Shown here piece after piece: positions 61,475-64,000 of a stretch of 64,000 bases of DNA. Both the position numbers and the translations under genes were made by a program. The stretch is from Verrucomicrobiota bacterium (GTDB lineage: Bacteria > Verrucomicrobiota > Kiritimatiellia > UBA8416 > SLMC01), in contig JASEHE010000002.1 in assembly GCA_030018915.1 (NCBI GenBank), forward strand, positions 3,420 through 67,419, written 5' to 3'. How positions within the stretch are numbered: position 1 is the first letter of the stretch; every line of letters begins with the position of its first letter. The notes under the pieces were generated by a model. It did not search any database. It saw only the letters and a program-made list of their open reading frames with translations, and had not been told where the DNA came from.

Positions 61475-62726
61475 TGCCCGATTCGCTTTCCTGGAGCGGC
61501 GCGGCGAGTTTTTCGATGAACACGGTTACCACGCGGTTCTTTCGGGTGCGGTGGACGGTCACCCGGCAGCCCTGGGCTTCGATGACCTCGCCGGTATGGG
61601 GGATGTAGTTGGTCCGCGCGCCGATCCAGCCGGCGATGCGGTCGGCGCCCTCCGCGTGGAGGCTCACATCCAGTTCGCCGTTGATATCCGCCAGGCTCGT
61701 GCTGCCGTCAACGATCCAGTGGTTCTCAGCCATCTTCTGGATCGTGAGTTTCTCGACGCCGTATTCCTTCTCCACGTCGCCGACGACTTCTTCGAGGATG
61801 TCGCCCATCGTGACCATACCGGCCGTCCCGCCGTACTCGTCCATGACGAACACGGCGTGGCGCTGCTCCTTCTGGAACATGGCGAGCAGGCTGCAGAGGG
61901 TCGCGGTTTGCGGCACGAAGGAGGCGGCGACGAGCGCGGCGTCGAAGTTCCGGTCCGGCGACAGAAGGAACCGCGGGACGTCCAGGAATCCCTCGGGATG
62001 GTCAATGGACTTGCGATAGACCGGCAGGTAGCGAAACTGGACGCCGCGCGCGATGGTCTCGCGGTTTGCGGGCGGATCGTTCAGGTCTATGCCCACCAGG
62101 TCCACGCGGGGCGTCATGACGGCGCCGGCCTGGACACGCTCCAGGCCGATGATGCCGTCAACCATATTGCGTTGCTCCGCCGCGAGCACGCCTTCTTCTT
62201 CGCCGAGTTCCACGACGGTGAGGAACTCGTCTTCAGTCAGGCTGCGGTCGGCGGCGCGCGCGTTTTTCCGGACGAGCCCGGCGGCTTTTTCCAGGAGCGT
62301 CCGCGCGGGCGTCATGCCGGCGATGAACGCAACGAGAATGCCGGAATAGAGCCGGGCCAGTCTCTCGGCGTTGCGCATGGCGAAGCGCTTGGGCGCAACC
62401 TCGCCGAACAGCACCAGCAGCAGGGTCATGGCCGGGATGGCGACGATCTCGCCGCGGGCCGGGCAGAAATGCTCGGCGATGCGGTAGCCGATGGCGGAGG
62501 CGGCGATGTTCACCAGCGTATTGCCGATGAGAATGCTGGAGAGAAAGGACGTGGGAGTGGCGAGAATCTTCTCGATCCGTCGGGCCGCGGCCGGGTGAGT
62601 TCGCCCGATCCGCCGGATGCGCAGCGGGTTCATCGCGAAGATGGCCGTCTCCGAGCCGGAACAGAACGCCGAGCAGACCAGCAGCAGGGTCAGGGCAACG
62701 CCCTCGATGAGGATGGCGGCGTTCAT
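61461..62726 (-). CDS. hemolysin/CorC family protein (DUF21 + CBS pair + CorC_HlyC)
   Basis: Full three-part architecture; paralog of the preceding gene. Confidence 0.8.
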   Translation of the reverse strand: MNAAILIEGVALTLLLVCSAFCSGSETAIFAMNPLRIRRIGRTHPAAARRIEKILATPTSFLSSILIGNTLVNIAASAIGYRIAEHFCPARGEIVAIPAMTLLLVLFGEVAPKRFAMRNAERLARLYSGILVAFIAGMTPARTLLEKAAGLVRKNARAADRSLTEDEFLTVVELGEEEGVLAAEQRNMVDGIIGLERVQAGAVMTPRVDLVGIDLNDPPANRETIARGVQFRYLPVYRKSIDHPEGFLDVPRFLLSPDRNFDAALVAASFVPQTATLCSLLAMFQKEQRHAVFVMDEYGGTAGMVTMGDILEEVVGDVEKEYGVEKLTIQKMAENHWIVDGSTSLADINGELDVSLHAEGADRIAGWIGARTNYIPHTGEVIEAQGCRVTVHRTRKNRVVTVFIEKLAAPLQESESGNDIV

Positions 62727-63676
62727 GGCTGCTCACCGGCCTTGACGTCCCGCACGCTGAGCAGGGTGCGGTGGACTTCCGGGAAGCCCTGAATTTCCAT
62801 GTCCTTGACCATCCACCGGTCGTTGATCTTCTTGCAGCTCTGGACCGCGATGCGCCGGATGGATTCCCCCCGCGCGTCATAGGCCTCGGCCTGGAGCATG
62901 ACCCGAATCTTCTCCTCTACCCAGAGGCGGACGCGGGCGTAGGGGCGGCTGGGCCCGATGGCCGGCAGACGGGACGCCCCGACCGCGGCGGGAACCGCGT
63001 CGGCGGGCGCCGGAATGTCCAGGACATAGCACCGATAGCCCTTGAGCCGGTCCATGCCGATCACCGAGCCGCCCTCCCACCAGAGAAAGGAGAACGTGAG
63101 GTCCATCCAGGACAGGTCGGTATTCAGCACGGGTTCGTACAGGTTGGGCGCGGGCGCTGCCTTGCCGCCGATCCGATAGCAGACAACGGGCGGGCAGCCG
63201 GCCTCGCGGGTAACGGCGAGTTCCTCGCCCGGCCGCCCGTCGCGATCCGGCAGCACGTAGGACGCGCGGGCGGGCGTGGCGCCCCAGTTGACGATCATCC
63301 GGAACGGCGATTCCTGAATCTCAATCCCGCGGCGCTTGCGCACCGTCAAGTCGCCCTCGATGACCAGCGGCTCCTTCGGAAAGCGGGCGACGACGCTCTC
63401 CATGATCTCGCGCGCCGTGACGTTGGTGGGGAACGGGAGAAACCCTTGCGGGTTTTCCGGCGCGGCTTCAGCTTCGGCCGCCGGCGCGTCCTCAAGCGCA
63501 AGGACCGGGATGTCGGGCGCAATGGCCGCGCCGCCTGTTCCGGCCGGCCCGGATATTTCGCGCTCCCGGGAGGGCGTGTGAAATATCCGGGCCGGCGGAG
63601 CGTCGGACCCAGCCCACGCCGAGGCCGCGAGCGCCCATTCCGCGAACACGCCAGCAATGAAAAGTCGCGTTTTCAC
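62723..63676 (-). CDS. secreted LolA-like (outer-membrane lipoprotein-sorting-like) protein
   Basis: Signal peptide MKTRLFIAGVFAEWALAASAWA, Ala/Pro-rich linker, and a C-terminal beta-rich domain reminiscent of the LolA-like family. The linker region contains palindrome copy 2. Confidence 0.45.
   Translation of the reverse strand: MKTRLFIAGVFAEWALAASAWAGSDAPPARIFHTPSREREISGPAGTGGAAIAPDIPVLALEDAPAAEAEAAPENPQGFLPFPTNVTAREIMESVVARFPKEPLVIEGDLTVRKRRGIEIQESPFRMIVNWGATPARASYVLPDRDGRPGEELAVTREAGCPPVVCYRIGGKAAPAPNLYEPVLNTDLSWMDLTFSFLWWEGGSVIGMDRLKGYRCYVLDIPAPADAVPAAVGASRLPAIGPSRPYARVRLWVEEKIRVMLQAEAYDARGESIRRIAVQSCKKINDRWMVKDMEIQGFPEVHRTLLSVRDVKAGEQP
63551..63588. repeat. 38-bp palindromic element copy 2 (GGATATTTCGCGCTCCCGGGAGGGCGTGTGAAATATCC)
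   Basis: Near-identical to the reverse complement of copy 1; central CTCCCGGGAG is a perfect 10-bp palindrome. Confidence 0.5.
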
Positions 63677-63776
63677 ACGCCGTCAACGTCCACAACTTCC
63701 TCCCCACGCTTGAGTGTTCGGTCCAAGCCGACCATTGCCCCGCGAAATGATCCGTTCCGCGAATCCGACTCTAGTA

Positions 63777-63851
63777 TGGCACCCCCTAGGGGAATCGAAC
63801 CCCTCTTTCCAGGATGAGAACCTGATGTCCTAGCCGATAGACGAAGGGGGC
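63777..63851 (-). tRNA. tRNA-Glu (anticodon CUC)
   Basis: GCCCCCUUCGUCUA...GGACA...UUCUCAU...AGGGGUUCGAUUCCCCUAGGGGGUGCCA; close to E. coli tRNA-Glu apart from the anticodon. Confidence 0.85.
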
Positions 63852-64000
63852 GCGCCATGACGATCGCCGGCTTCGGCCGGAAAATTATCCCAACCTGCCT
63901 GGCAAGTCAACCCCGCCCTTGGTCGAGCGATGGATGTGCTTGCCGCGCCAACTTGGGTGTGGTGCGGTTCTGCCGCTTGACCACTTGCGGCACATCCTGG

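Noticed and set aside
63955-64000. tRNA-like palindrome (GGATGTG...CACATCC, revcomp) at the window edge
   Set aside because: Only about 66 nt between the acceptor strands and no T-loop GTTCRANYC. It is probably just a hairpin; it is truncated by the window.

Overview
This is a high-GC (~65%) bacterial chromosomal window that is densely coded, mostly on the minus strand; most of it is core metabolism. The lifestyle looks anaerobe-like: cbi-type B12 genes, an MvhD-like Fe-S subunit, PEP-CTERM cargo, and RNase Y plus YmdB.

Gene content in order:
- **1-10.2 kb:** one minus-strand tetrapyrrole/cobalamin operon. It runs SirC-HemA fusion, then a HemC-CobA-HemD tri-fusion, then hemB, hemL, cobQ, cbiA and cbiC (cut by the window edge). 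It is preceded by a candidate cobalamin riboswitch and an intrinsic terminator that serves as its expression platform.
- **10.2-14.8 kb:** the classic yceD-rpmF-plsX-fabH-fabD-fabG fatty-acid operon.
- **14.9-22.2 kb:** rsmD, then accD-accA followed by an OadA/PycB-like biotin-carrying carboxyltransferase, then aroB and fmt.
- **22.3-24.7 kb:** a 3D-domain lipoprotein, a PP2C phosphatase split by a frameshift, and a DAGK-like lipid kinase.
- **24.8-39.1 kb:** tmRNA, ileS, xseB/xseA, ymdB-rny, 5-formyl-THF cyclo-ligase, rarA, an ORF-free 450-bp gap, and pheT/pheS.
- **39.4-43.1 kb:** a Hanks-type Ser/Thr kinase translationally coupled to a secreted DnaJ-type zinc-finger protein.
- **43.2-49.5 kb:** a split glutamate-synthase-like three-gene cluster (MvhD-like, FMN/Fe-S protein, amidotransferase fused to the GXGXG domain).
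- **49.7-53.2 kb:** tRNA-Ser abutting a GIY-YIG gene with a duplicated tRNA 5' fragment, a Zn-ribbon-PtsN fusion, and an AAA/PD-(D/E)XK ATPase.
- **53.4-58.6 kb:** four secreted proteins (one PEP-CTERM) lying divergent from an FHA-sigma54 activator.
- **58.6-63.9 kb:** membrane proteins, two DUF21-CBS paralogs, a LolA-like protein and tRNA-Glu.

Two non-coding repeat families stand out:
- a pervasive period-7 tandem repeat (GGTTNNN heptamers) at gene boundaries, resembling the short tandemly repeated repetitive (STRR) elements of cyanobacteria;
- a roughly 38-bp AT-armed palindrome present in two copies.

All calls rest on reading the supplied translations and sequence by eye; no database searches were run.
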